A stretch of 64,000 nt of DNA from Candidatus Gottesmanbacteria bacterium (GTDB lineage: Bacteria > Patescibacteriota > Microgenomatia > UBA10105 > UBA927). Below the pieces are notes generated by a model. It did not search any database. It worked only from the letters and a program-made list of their open reading frames with translations, and was not told the DNA's origin. The position numbers and the translations under genes were made by a program. This document shows positions 18,350 through 27,067 of the stretch, piece by piece. Each line of letters opens with the position of its first letter. Positions within the stretch are counted from its first letter, which is position 1. The stretch is taken from positions 892,860-956,859 of the forward strand of contig CAWBPL010000002.1 of the NCBI GenBank assembly GCA_963790805.1, written 5' to 3'.

Positions 18350-18390
18350 TCTCCCTTGTGCATTTATTCCATTATTCGTAAACTAAATCT

Positions 18391-19476
18391 ATGTTCACAT
18401 TGCTGGTATTTTTCCTTATTTTAAGCATCCTCGTGTTTGTCCATGAGCTCGGGCATTTTGTAGTCGCGCGCTGGGTTGGTGTGAACGTCGAAGAATTCGG
18501 GTTCGGACTTCCCCCGCGCATTTGGGGGAAAAGAATTGGTAATACGATATATTCGATTAACTGGCTCCCGATTGGGGGATTTGTTAAATTATCCGGAGAA
18601 GATGAAGAAGAACTTCATAGAAAGACCGCGCTCAATAAGAAAAAATATTTCTGGGCCAGAAGTAAAAAAGAACGGGCAGCGATACTATTGGCCGGAGTTT
18701 TTATGAATTTCCTCGTTGCCGTTGGAATTACCAGTTACCTGCTTACGCAGGGAATTTACGAAACCTCAGGGCACGTTCACATAGAAAAGGTTTTAGCCGG
18801 TTCTCCGGCGGCAGCCGCGGGTTTGCGGGTAAATGATATTGTTTTATCAGCGAAAGAAGAAATAATTGGCGCATCCGAAAAGAATATTGTTGTTCCGCAG
18901 GATCTTATCGACTTAAGCCGTACGGATGCCGGTACGCCTATCGTTCTTGCGGTTAAGCGCGGATCCGAGATGGATTCAATAGTTTTAACACCACGAAAAC
19001 AGTTTCCGAAAGGAGAGGGGCCGATCGGAATCGCGATCTCGGATTTGGAGTTGAAAAAATACCCTTTGTGGCAGACCCCGTATATGGCCACGAAAATAAA
19101 TCTCGGTCGCGCGAAAGACATGATTGTCGGCATCGTGCAATTGGTGGGAAGGCTTATCCGATTGCAGCCGGTCGGTCAGGATGTTGCGGGTCCGATAGGC
19201 ATCGAGCAGGTTACCGGTCAGGCGGTAAAATTCGGATTTAGTGCTGTTTTGGAGTTTATGAGCATACTCTCCCTTAATTTGGCGGTACTCAATGTTCTTC
19301 CCATTCCGGCGCTTGACGGGGGAAGGTTGTTGTTTGTCATACTTGAAAAGTTTTTCGGTCATCGCATTAAACCGGCTTTTGAACGTTCTACCCATCAGAT
19401 CGGTATGCTCGTTCTTTTAGTTCTTGTGGTTATCATTTCCATTAACGATATTCTTCGTTTCGCACACGGCGGTTGA
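18391..19476 (+). CDS. rseP: RIP (site-2) zinc metalloprotease RseP/Eep family
   Basis: HELGH motif near the N-terminal TM, a PDZ-like middle region, and the C-terminal NLLPIPALDGG motif. Confidence 0.85.
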   Translation: MFTLLVFFLILSILVFVHELGHFVVARWVGVNVEEFGFGLPPRIWGKRIGNTIYSINWLPIGGFVKLSGEDEEELHRKTALNKKKYFWARSKKERAAILLAGVFMNFLVAVGITSYLLTQGIYETSGHVHIEKVLAGSPAAAAGLRVNDIVLSAKEEIIGASEKNIVVPQDLIDLSRTDAGTPIVLAVKRGSEMDSIVLTPRKQFPKGEGPIGIAISDLELKKYPLWQTPYMATKINLGRAKDMIVGIVQLVGRLIRLQPVGQDVAGPIGIEQVTGQAVKFGFSAVLEFMSILSLNLAVLNVLPIPALDGGRLLFVILEKFFGHRIKPAFERSTHQIGMLVLLVLVVIISINDILRFAHGG

Positions 19477-19509
19477 CGGCGAATGTTGCATGTCATACTG
19501 TAGTAAGTA

Positions 19510-20301
19510 ATGCGGAATAATTTTGTCGATAACCTCATTTGGATTATTCTTTTTATTCTGTTAGTGCCCAGCGGTCTCGTCATTGCCTCATGGAATAGTC
19601 TCCCTGGAAGCCATTTGTATGCCATGAAAATTGCAGCGGAAAATGTATTATTGGCGCTCGCCCCGACTCAGCAGGCGAAAGGAGAACTAGAAGTAGCCTA
19701 TACCGAGCGCCGTTTTTCAGAGGCAACGACGCTTCTTAACAACGGTTCTTCGGTTGAGGGATTAGCGAATTTTAGGTCGCAGGCAGAGGCCGCGAAAGAA
19801 GCTATACAAAAAGCGCCGCCGGGAGCAGCGAGAAACCAATTGGCGCAAAAATATATTTTATCTCTTGAAAACGCTTCCGCACAACTGGAACAACAAAAAC
19901 AAACGTACGCATATAATCGGACAACCGGCGTAAATAGTCAGCAGCCGGCAACCAATCAGGCGCCAACGAATAATCAGGCGCCTGTCATTAACGAACAGCG
20001 GGTTGTACAGGTTATAAACAATAATACGACAACATATATCTATGTGACCCCGACACCTGCGCAAAATACCACAGATTCGTCAAGCAACGTTAGCTCTGCA
20101 ATCGATCAGACCCAAGGGGATATAAATACGATTATAGGTGACCTTAACGGAACAGATTCAACACAATCAATCCCGTCAGTACCTACGATAACGGCACCAC
20201 CCCCAGTGATGCCAACGGTCTCTGCGGGTGGCCACAAACCATCAAATTACATACTAAAGACGTATGATTATGATTTAAATAACACGGGAAAACATAATTG
20301 A
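19510..20301 (+). CDS. Hypothetical membrane-anchored protein with a helical domain and a Q/T/N-rich low-complexity tail
   Basis: N-terminal TM (LIWIILFILLVPSGLVIA), a helical region reminiscent of DUF5667-type CPR proteins, and a low-complexity C-terminus. Confidence 0.5.
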   Translation: MRNNFVDNLIWIILFILLVPSGLVIASWNSLPGSHLYAMKIAAENVLLALAPTQQAKGELEVAYTERRFSEATTLLNNGSSVEGLANFRSQAEAAKEAIQKAPPGAARNQLAQKYILSLENASAQLEQQKQTYAYNRTTGVNSQQPATNQAPTNNQAPVINEQRVVQVINNNTTTYIYVTPTPAQNTTDSSSNVSSAIDQTQGDINTIIGDLNGTDSTQSIPSVPTITAPPPVMPTVSAGGHKPSNYILKTYDYDLNNTGKHN

Positions 20302-20324
20302 ACGGATAATTCCAGAACGGGAAA

Positions 20325-20353
20325 TTGACAGATTCGTGCGTTGTGACTATACT
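20325..20353 (+). promoter_or_regulatory. Consensus sigma70 promoter of the T-box leader
   Basis: TTGACA (20325-20330), a 17-nt spacer, then TATACT (20348-20353). Confidence 0.6.
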
Positions 20354-20359
20354 AATATC

Positions 20360-20527
20360 GAAAAGCGTTAAGAGTTCCGAATACCGAACGGAACGAGCTT
20401 CCCGATTAAGAATCGGGACGGGTAAGCCCGTAACAGCAGTAAACGAGAAAAAAGTAAGGTGGTACCGCGAGTATCCCTCGCCCTTACATATTAACGTGAG
20501 TTGATATGTGACGGGAGGGATTTTTTT
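20360..20527 (+). promoter_or_regulatory. T-box riboswitch leader (probable tRNA-Pro specificity) with a truncated Stem I and an intrinsic terminator
   Basis: The conserved T-box AAGGUGGUACCGCG lies at 20456-20469. A short Stem I hairpin GUUCCG/CGGAAC (20374-20394) carries the loop AAUACCGAA. Stem II is at 20400-20418 and a small hairpin at 20419-20430. A long terminator stem (~20474-20520) is followed by T7 (20521-20527). Confidence 0.85.
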
Positions 20528-20863
20528 ATGGCAACATATGATGATTTTAAAAAAGTTGATATCCGTGTAGGAAAAATTATTGCTGTTGATGATTTTCCAG
20601 AGGCACGAAAACCCGCGTATAAATTAACGATAGATTTCGGGATTGAGATTGGTGAGAAACGAAGTAGCGCTCAGTTGGTTAAACAGTACAAAAAAGAAGA
20701 GCTTGTTGGAAAACTGGTTTTGGGCGTTGTCAATTTCCCGCCGCGGCAAATCGGCCCGTTTTTGTCCGAAGTCCTGACATTGGGCGTGCCGGACGCGGAT
20801 GGTGAGTGCATCCTCATCGTCCCCGATACGAAAGATGCTATTATTGGAGGGAGACTTTATTAA
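20528..20863 (+). CDS. tRNA-binding domain protein (CsaA/Trbp111/EMAP-II-like OB fold)
   Basis: DFKKVDIRVGKIIAVDDFPEARKPAYKLTIDFG..; ..LVLGVVNFPPRQIGPFLSEVLTLG.. is typical of CsaA-type tRNA-binding domains. Confidence 0.8.
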   Translation: MATYDDFKKVDIRVGKIIAVDDFPEARKPAYKLTIDFGIEIGEKRSSAQLVKQYKKEELVGKLVLGVVNFPPRQIGPFLSEVLTLGVPDADGECILIVPDTKDAIIGGRLY

Positions 20864-20873
20864 AAGGAGATCT

Positions 20874-22322
20874 ATGCAACAACAATTTAACAAAAAGGAA
20901 TTAAAGAAAAAAAGTGAAAACCTTTCGGAGTGGTATACCGACGTTATTCTCAAAGCTGAGCTTGCGGATTACGCCCCAGTCAAAGGAACTATGGTCATTA
21001 GGCCGTACGGGTATGCGATCTGGGAAAAAGTACAGGAAGCCTTTAACGCGATGATTCATGCCAAAGGCGTTGAAAATGCGTATTTTCCTCTGTTTATCCC
21101 GCATTCGCTTCTTGAGAAGGAAAAAGAGCATGTCGAGGGATTTTCGCCGGAACTTGCCATTGTTACAATCGGCGGCGGTGAGAAACTGAAAGATCCTCTG
21201 GTCGTCCGGCCCACGAGCGAAACCATCATGTATGCGATGTACGCCAAATGGGTGCATTCGTGGCGTGATTTACCTATCCTTATCAATCAGTGGAATAACG
21301 TCGTCCGATGGGAAAAACGGACGTACCTATTTCTTAGGACGACGGAGTTTTTGTGGCAGGAAGGACACACCGTGCACGCGACGGAGGCGGACGATATTGA
21401 TCTTGCTATGGATGCGATGGACTGGTACCGGCAGATTCTGGAGGACTATCTGGCAGTGCCCGTGTATCAGGGAATGAAAAGCGTGACAGAAAAATTTGCC
21501 GGAGCTAAAACTACTTTTACCAACGAAGCGCTCATGCCGGATGGAAAAGCGCTGCAGGGTGCGACATCCCACAATCTCGGGCAGAATTTTTCCAAAGTTT
21601 TCGGCATACAGTTCCAAAATAAAGAAGGAAAGACGGAATACGCATGGCAGACATCGTGGGGACTCTCGACACGAAGCCTCGGCGCAATGTTTCTGGTACA
21701 CGGTGACGACAGCGGACTTATCATGCCGCCCAAGATTGCACCTATTCAGGTTGTGATTATGCCGATTTTGAAATCCGGCGTTGATGATAAAGCGCTGCAA
21801 GCGTATTGCGGTGAAATGAAAGAGGCGCTCACAAATGGCGGAGTCAGGGTCAAATTGGACAATCGCGAAGAGCCGAGCATCGGCAGGAGATTCAATGAAT
21901 GGGAAGTGAAAGGCGTGCCGGTTCGCTTTGAAGTCGGGTCTAAAGAACTGGCTGACAGAAGCGTGACGATTGTGCGCCGTGATACCGGCGAAAAAACGGT
22001 CATGGGCAGACAGGAGATGCTCACGGAAACCGAGAAAATTCTTAAAAATATTCAGGAGTCGCTTTTTGCGAAAGCAAAAAAATACCTTGCTGATAATACA
22101 CGTGACGCCAAGACGTATGAGGAGTTAAAACATATTATGGCAACGACGCGAGGGTTTATCAGGGCTTTCTGGTGTGAAGATGCTGAATGTGAAGCGAAAA
22201 TTAAAGAAGAAACGAAAGCGACGACGCGGTGTCTGCCGTTTGGCACAAAAGAAGAGAAGGGTGTCTGTATTCACTGCGGCAAGCCGGCCACGCACAAATG
22301 GATGTTTGCTCAGGCATATTAA
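20874..22322 (+). CDS. proS: Prolyl-tRNA synthetase, archaeal/eukaryotic-like type (no INS editing domain, C-terminal Zn domain)
   Basis: SEWYTDVILKAELADY.., class II motifs (..FLRTTEFLWQEGHT..), C-terminal CxxC..CxxC and a terminal ..AQAY. RBS AAAGGAGA precedes the ATG at 20874. Confidence 0.95.
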   Translation: MQQQFNKKELKKKSENLSEWYTDVILKAELADYAPVKGTMVIRPYGYAIWEKVQEAFNAMIHAKGVENAYFPLFIPHSLLEKEKEHVEGFSPELAIVTIGGGEKLKDPLVVRPTSETIMYAMYAKWVHSWRDLPILINQWNNVVRWEKRTYLFLRTTEFLWQEGHTVHATEADDIDLAMDAMDWYRQILEDYLAVPVYQGMKSVTEKFAGAKTTFTNEALMPDGKALQGATSHNLGQNFSKVFGIQFQNKEGKTEYAWQTSWGLSTRSLGAMFLVHGDDSGLIMPPKIAPIQVVIMPILKSGVDDKALQAYCGEMKEALTNGGVRVKLDNREEPSIGRRFNEWEVKGVPVRFEVGSKELADRSVTIVRRDTGEKTVMGRQEMLTETEKILKNIQESLFAKAKKYLADNTRDAKTYEELKHIMATTRGFIRAFWCEDAECEAKIKEETKATTRCLPFGTKEEKGVCIHCGKPATHKWMFAQAY

Positions 22323-22376
22323 CGCGCACCCATCAACTTGTGTAAAGAATATCGAGGCGATATACTTCAAAAGCCT

Positions 22377-23210
22377 ATGAAAACGATCGTTGCCCACATC
22401 GGCCCTGATCTTGACGCCATAACAAGCATCTGGCTGGTGAAAATGTTTTTCGCCGGTTGGGAAGAAGCTTCTTTGGCCTTTGTGCCTGCCGGCAAAACGC
22501 TTGAAGGCAAGCCGCCTGACGATAATCCCGAGATACTGCATGTGGATACGGGATTCGGGAAATTTGATCATCACCAGACCGATGCCGACACCTGTGCATC
22601 GCTTCTTGTCTATGAGGAGATTAAAAAAACGCGGGGCACAGATCATGCGCTTGAGCGTCTCGTCATGATTGTCAACGACGTCGATCATTTCCGCGAAGTG
22701 TTTTATCCTAATCCTGTTGCGGATTTCTGGGACTTCGGATTGGTTTCCCAAATCGACGGATGGCGTCTTATGTACGCCGACAACCCCATTAAAATTGTTG
22801 AGCTTGGTATGCAGGCGCTGGACGGCATTTACAAAATGTTTCAAAATAAAGTCTGGGCGGAAAAAGAGTTGAAGGAAAAAGGCGTGGCGTTTGAAACGAA
22901 GTGGGGTAAAGGAATCGGTGTGGAAACGCCGAACGATGAAGTCGTCCACCTCGCGCAAAAAATGGGCTATGTGGTAGCCGTTCGCAAAGATCCGAAAAAA
23001 GGATATCTTCGCATTAAAGCCCTGCCCAAAAAAGAGATAGATCTTGAGCCGGTCTACAATGAGCTGAAAAAACAGGAGCCCGATGCGACATGGTTTTTGC
23101 ACGCAAGCCACCACATGGTGTTAAATGGCAGCAGTAAAAATCCCGACATGCGTCCGACAAAGAAAACATTGCAACAAATTATTGATGTTATAAAAAAAGT
23201 ATGCATATAA
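22377..23210 (+). CDS. DHH-motif phosphoesterase-like protein
   Basis: IVAHIGPDLDAITSIW (DxD) and GKFDHHQTD (DHH) motifs. TTGTGT-17-TATACT at 22338-22366 gives a very short leader. Confidence 0.55.
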   Translation: MKTIVAHIGPDLDAITSIWLVKMFFAGWEEASLAFVPAGKTLEGKPPDDNPEILHVDTGFGKFDHHQTDADTCASLLVYEEIKKTRGTDHALERLVMIVNDVDHFREVFYPNPVADFWDFGLVSQIDGWRLMYADNPIKIVELGMQALDGIYKMFQNKVWAEKELKEKGVAFETKWGKGIGVETPNDEVVHLAQKMGYVVAVRKDPKKGYLRIKALPKKEIDLEPVYNELKKQEPDATWFLHASHHMVLNGSSKNPDMRPTKKTLQQIIDVIKKVCI

Positions 23211-23527
23211 ACGATTGTATTTTTTGCCAAATAATTGCGGGGAAAATTCCCGGTGACTTTGTCTATCAGGATCGGGATTTTATCGTGATCAACGACATCC
23301 ATCCGCAGGCGCCGGTGCATATGCTTTTTATTCCCAAAAAACACATCAAGGATCTCACGGATGCTGACATAAAACTCGTAAGCAAACTGTTTACGCTGAT
23401 GAAAAAAATAATCGGCGAAAAGCATATACGCGATTTCCGCTTCATCCATAACGGCGAAGGGGCAGCATACGTCAAACACATGCACGTTCATCTATTGGGA
23501 TCAGTCGCTGTAGATCGTACTTTATAG
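23201..23527 (+). CDS. HIT (histidine triad) family nucleotide hydrolase
   Basis: CIFCQII.GKIP.. and HMHVHLLG (HxHxHxx) motifs. Confidence 0.85.
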   Translation: MHINDCIFCQIIAGKIPGDFVYQDRDFIVINDIHPQAPVHMLFIPKKHIKDLTDADIKLVSKLFTLMKKIIGEKHIRDFRFIHNGEGAAYVKHMHVHLLGSVAVDRTL

Positions 23528-23616
23528 CCTCAAACGTATCAATTTTTGTCATCGAAATGCACCCCTCACCGTGATATAATCATTGCGGTCTTAAGTGTGA
23601 GGAGGTGTTTTCATGT

Positions 23617-23805
23617 ATGGTATTTGTTAAAGCACAACCAGGAGATTCATCAGATTCGCTCATTCGAAAATTTACCCGCAAAGTACTTGCGGAGGGGATT
23701 TTGCAGGATCTTAAAAAACGGGAATTTTATCAGAAGCCGGCCGAAGTCCGTAAGGAAAAAAAGCGCGAACTGGCACGTCGTCTTCGACACCCAAACAGAA
23801 TTTAA
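23617..23805 (+). CDS. rpsU: 30S ribosomal protein S21
   Basis: ..SLIRKFTRKVLAEGILQDLKKREFYQKPAEVRKEKKRE..; GGAGG lies 10 nt upstream. Confidence 0.9.
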   Translation: MVFVKAQPGDSSDSLIRKFTRKVLAEGILQDLKKREFYQKPAEVRKEKKRELARRLRHPNRI

Positions 23806-23818
23806 TTGATTTGACCGT

Positions 23819-24265
23819 ATGAACCTATCGCAATTTCAGGTCGATTTGAATGCATCCCTCAAAGCGGGGAAGACGATGCGCGTGGGTACGATCAGATTTC
23901 TCATATCTGCAATCCGAAATTTCGCCATAGCCAAATACGCTGCAGCATGGGAATCTTCTTTAACCGAAGCGGATATTCTTGAAGTCGTAAAAAAGCAGGT
24001 GAAGACCCATAAGGAATCTATTGAGGCATTCGAAAAAGCCAATAGGGCGGAATTAGCCGCCAAGGAAAAAGAAGAGCTTGCGGTACTTGAAGAGTTTGCG
24101 CCGAAAGAAATGTCCGATGAGGATCTTAAGAAATTGCTTGCACCAATTGCCGCCTCCGGCGAACAAAATTTCGGGCTTCTCATGAAGAACGCAATGGCGG
24201 CGGTCAAAGGTCAGGCAGATGGGGGAAGAGTAGCTGCCACACTCAAACAGATGCTTGCCAAGTAA
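23819..24265 (+). CDS. GatB/YqeY domain-containing protein
   Basis: The YqeY-like pattern (..LKAGKTMRVGTIRFLISAIRN..; ..VKKQVKTHKESIEAFEKANR..) runs over 148 aa. Confidence 0.85.
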   Translation: MNLSQFQVDLNASLKAGKTMRVGTIRFLISAIRNFAIAKYAAAWESSLTEADILEVVKKQVKTHKESIEAFEKANRAELAAKEKEELAVLEEFAPKEMSDEDLKKLLAPIAASGEQNFGLLMKNAMAAVKGQADGGRVAATLKQMLAK

Positions 24266-24326
24266 TGCATGCAATCTGGTTCTTGCAATCTCACTCGTTA
24301 TCGGATAATTTGTTGGTTGGATAATT

Positions 24327-24725
24327 ATGATAACCGTACTTTTTCAAACCGAATCGCATTTTCCTGTCGACCGGAAAAAAATAATTGATGCAATAACGCG
24401 CGAGCTGGAATCAAAGATGAAAAGCAACACTGAAGTGAGCGTAACGATTGTCGGCGACCGAAGGATGAAAGACCTGAACAAGAGATACCGGAATATTGAT
24501 TCGACTACCGACGTGCTTTCGTTTCCTCTTAACGATCCCAACGAAGTTCATGAAGCGCCGTTTGTGGAACCGCCGGACGGAATATTGCGCTTAGGTGATA
24601 TTATCGTTTCATTCCCGCAGGCGGTCGCTGAAGCGGCGGAAGAAAATAAACTTGTTGATGATCAAATTGCATTTCTTGCCTTACACGGATTAAATCATTT
24701 ATTGGGCATTCATCATCCGGAATAA
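24327..24725 (+). CDS. ybeY: rRNA maturation endoribonuclease YbeY
   Basis: Zinc motif HGLNHLLGIHH at the C-terminus, plus ..TDVLSFPL... Confidence 0.9.
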   Translation: MITVLFQTESHFPVDRKKIIDAITRELESKMKSNTEVSVTIVGDRRMKDLNKRYRNIDSTTDVLSFPLNDPNEVHEAPFVEPPDGILRLGDIIVSFPQAVAEAAEENKLVDDQIAFLALHGLNHLLGIHHPE

Positions 24726-24726
24726 T

Positions 24727-26088
24727 ATGTCATTTTACAGAACGTATCGGCCGCAGGTTATTGATGAAATTGATAATGTTGCGGTGCATGACGCACTTCT
24801 TCGATTACTCGATAAACCAAAAAAAGATCTTCCGCATGCATTTTTGTTTAGCGGTCCCAGAGGTGCCGGTAAAACTACGGCGGCCCGCGTGATAGCAAAA
24901 ATGTTTAATTGTCTGAAACCCACCAAATCAGGCCCGTGCGGAGTATGTGAGCAATGCCGTTCTGTTTCCGAAGGACGGAATCTGGATATTCTTGAGATTG
25001 ACGCCGCAAGTAACCGCGGAATTGATGAAATACGGGCGCTTCGTGACGGCATCAATCTGGCTCCTTCCGGCGCCTCATTTAAGATATATATTATTGATGA
25101 AGTGCACATGCTGACAACCGAAGCATTCAATGCGCTTTTGAAAACTCTCGAGGAGCCGCCGGCGCATGCGGTTTTCGTCCTTGCCACGACTGATCTACAA
25201 AAAGTGCCGGTTACTATTCAATCGCGCTGTGTTTCTTTAATCTTCGGTAAGGCCACGACAGAAGAATTGACCCGCGCGCTTAAACGGATAGTAACTAAAG
25301 AAAAAATTGAAATTGACGGTGAAGCACTTGGGCTTATTACCCAAAGTGTTGACGGGTCGTTTCGTGATGCAGTTAAGTTTTTGGAGCAGGTCAGTTTTCA
25401 CAAGGGAAAAATTACGCCTGACGTGGTTCGCTCGATGCTGTCTATTACGGAAGAAAAAACCCGTACAATGTTTTTATCGCATTTAGCTTCTTCTCATACC
25501 AAAGAAGCATTTGCGATCATTGAACAGCTCGCCCACGAAGGGAAGGATATTAAAACATTTGTAAAAGACTGTTTAGGGGATTTGGAACAACTCCTTGTGG
25601 GTTACGTTCAGGGAAACCCCTTAGATGGTTGGACGCCTGAGCAGTTGCGTCGGGCCGTCCACAAACTATCGCAAGCGTATGCTGAGATCAAAGGCGCTGC
25701 CATTGTCGAGCTTCCGCTGGAACTTGCGGTTGTGGAGTTTTGCGATGAATTCCCTCACGCACAGGAGGTTCAGGTAAAACGCCCAATATCTCAACCAAAA
25801 GAGGAAATAAACGCTCCAAACTCCGGATCGTTATTGCGCATCGAACAGTTGACGGAGCACTGGCCGGATGTTATTGCGGAGCTTAAGCCGTATAATCATT
25901 CTGTAGCAGGTGTTATGCGTTCTACTAGACCGAAGTCGGTGACAGATGGTATAGTAACGATCGAAGCGTTTTATACGTTTCATAAAGACAAATTATCAGA
26001 GGTTAAAACAAGAGAAACTATCGGATTGGTTTTAAAAAAACTGTTTGGGGAAAAAGTAAAAGTAGAAATTGTGTTAGGAAAGAAATAA
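24727..26088 (+). CDS. dnaX: DNA polymerase III subunit gamma/tau
   Basis: YRPQ..DE.., GPRGAGKTT, zinc module CGVCEQC, IIDEVHML, and SRC motif (TIQSRC). Confidence 0.92.
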   Translation: MSFYRTYRPQVIDEIDNVAVHDALLRLLDKPKKDLPHAFLFSGPRGAGKTTAARVIAKMFNCLKPTKSGPCGVCEQCRSVSEGRNLDILEIDAASNRGIDEIRALRDGINLAPSGASFKIYIIDEVHMLTTEAFNALLKTLEEPPAHAVFVLATTDLQKVPVTIQSRCVSLIFGKATTEELTRALKRIVTKEKIEIDGEALGLITQSVDGSFRDAVKFLEQVSFHKGKITPDVVRSMLSITEEKTRTMFLSHLASSHTKEAFAIIEQLAHEGKDIKTFVKDCLGDLEQLLVGYVQGNPLDGWTPEQLRRAVHKLSQAYAEIKGAAIVELPLELAVVEFCDEFPHAQEVQVKRPISQPKEEINAPNSGSLLRIEQLTEHWPDVIAELKPYNHSVAGVMRSTRPKSVTDGIVTIEAFYTFHKDKLSEVKTRETIGLVLKKLFGEKVKVEIVLGKK

Positions 26089-26177
26089 AATTATTCTAAT
26101 TAACCTAATTGATCTAATTTCTACGTTAAAATCATAGATAAAGAGAAATTAGAATAATTAGAAATTTAGGAGGCATC

Positions 26178-26444
26178 ATGATGAATCCATTTAAGATGTT
26201 GGGTGATATGAATTCGATGAGAAAACAGGCGATGGCGATACAACAGGCGCTTGAAAAAGAGGAATTTGAAGTTGTTTCCGGCAACGTACGAATTGTCATT
26301 TCAGGAAATCAGAATGTGAAAGTTGTCGAAATTGACGGCACACCCAATGAAGACGTTAAACGCGCAATCAATGATGCGATTAAAAAATCCCAGCAGGCTG
26401 CCGCCGGCAAACTCGCAGAACTCTCCAAGTCCATGGGACAGTAA
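26178..26444 (+). CDS. YbaB/EbfC family nucleoid-associated protein
   Basis: It sits immediately downstream of dnaX. At 88 aa it carries the pattern ..MRKQAMAIQQALEKEEFEV.SG.. ..V.ISGNQNVKVVEID. Confidence 0.85.
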   Translation: MMNPFKMLGDMNSMRKQAMAIQQALEKEEFEVVSGNVRIVISGNQNVKVVEIDGTPNEDVKRAINDAIKKSQQAAAGKLAELSKSMGQ

Positions 26445-26452
26445 AAACTTGT

Positions 26453-27013
26453 ATGAAGCAGGGTGCTATTATTAAAACCTTCAAAAGTAAAAAGGGGAAC
26501 GCGGTTGTTTTCCGCAGCCTCAGGAGCCGTGATCTTAATGATATGCTGGCCTTTGCGAATGCTCTTATCCGTGAAGATACGTTTATCGGATTAAGCGGAC
26601 AACCGCTAACCCGTGCAGAAGAGCAAAAACATTTGGATGATGCACTGAAACGTATGAAGTCCGGCGATTTGATGCACGTAGTTGTAGAGATAAATGGAGT
26701 GTTTGCCGGAAGCGCAGAGTTGAGACGAAACCCCATGCGGCGCAAAAAGCACGTCGGGGAAATAGGTATTTCTCTTTTAGCGGCATATAGAAACGAAGGG
26801 ATCGGTAGAGAGTTGATGAATACGCTTATTCACGAGGCGAAGAAAAAGGATTTCCGGCTTGTAGAATTGACGTGTTTTGAAAACAACCCCCGAGCGCTTC
26901 ATCTGTACGAAAAGATAGGATTCCGTCGGGTCGGGATTATTCCAGAGGCTATTTTGTACAAAAACGAATACGTCAATGAAATAGTTCTCTATTTACCTCT
27001 CGTTGAGGCTTGA
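26453..27013 (+). CDS. GNAT family N-acetyltransferase
   Basis: The acetyl-CoA motif is ..YRNEGIGRELM... ..NPRALHLYEKIGFRRVG.. is also present. Confidence 0.85.
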   Translation: MKQGAIIKTFKSKKGNAVVFRSLRSRDLNDMLAFANALIREDTFIGLSGQPLTRAEEQKHLDDALKRMKSGDLMHVVVEINGVFAGSAELRRNPMRRKKHVGEIGISLLAAYRNEGIGRELMNTLIHEAKKKDFRLVELTCFENNPRALHLYEKIGFRRVGIIPEAILYKNEYVNEIVLYLPLVEA

Positions 27014-27067
27014 GATCCCGCCGCCCGTCATTGAAATATCTTCGATAGTACGATAAAATTCCACAAA

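Noticed and set aside
22125-23114. A 329-aa ORF on the minus strand, one of the longest in the track.
   Set aside because: It lies entirely antisense to the proS 3' end and the DHH-like gene. Its translation is F/R/L/K-rich with no motifs, which is typical of a shadow frame, while the plus-strand genes have clear family signatures.
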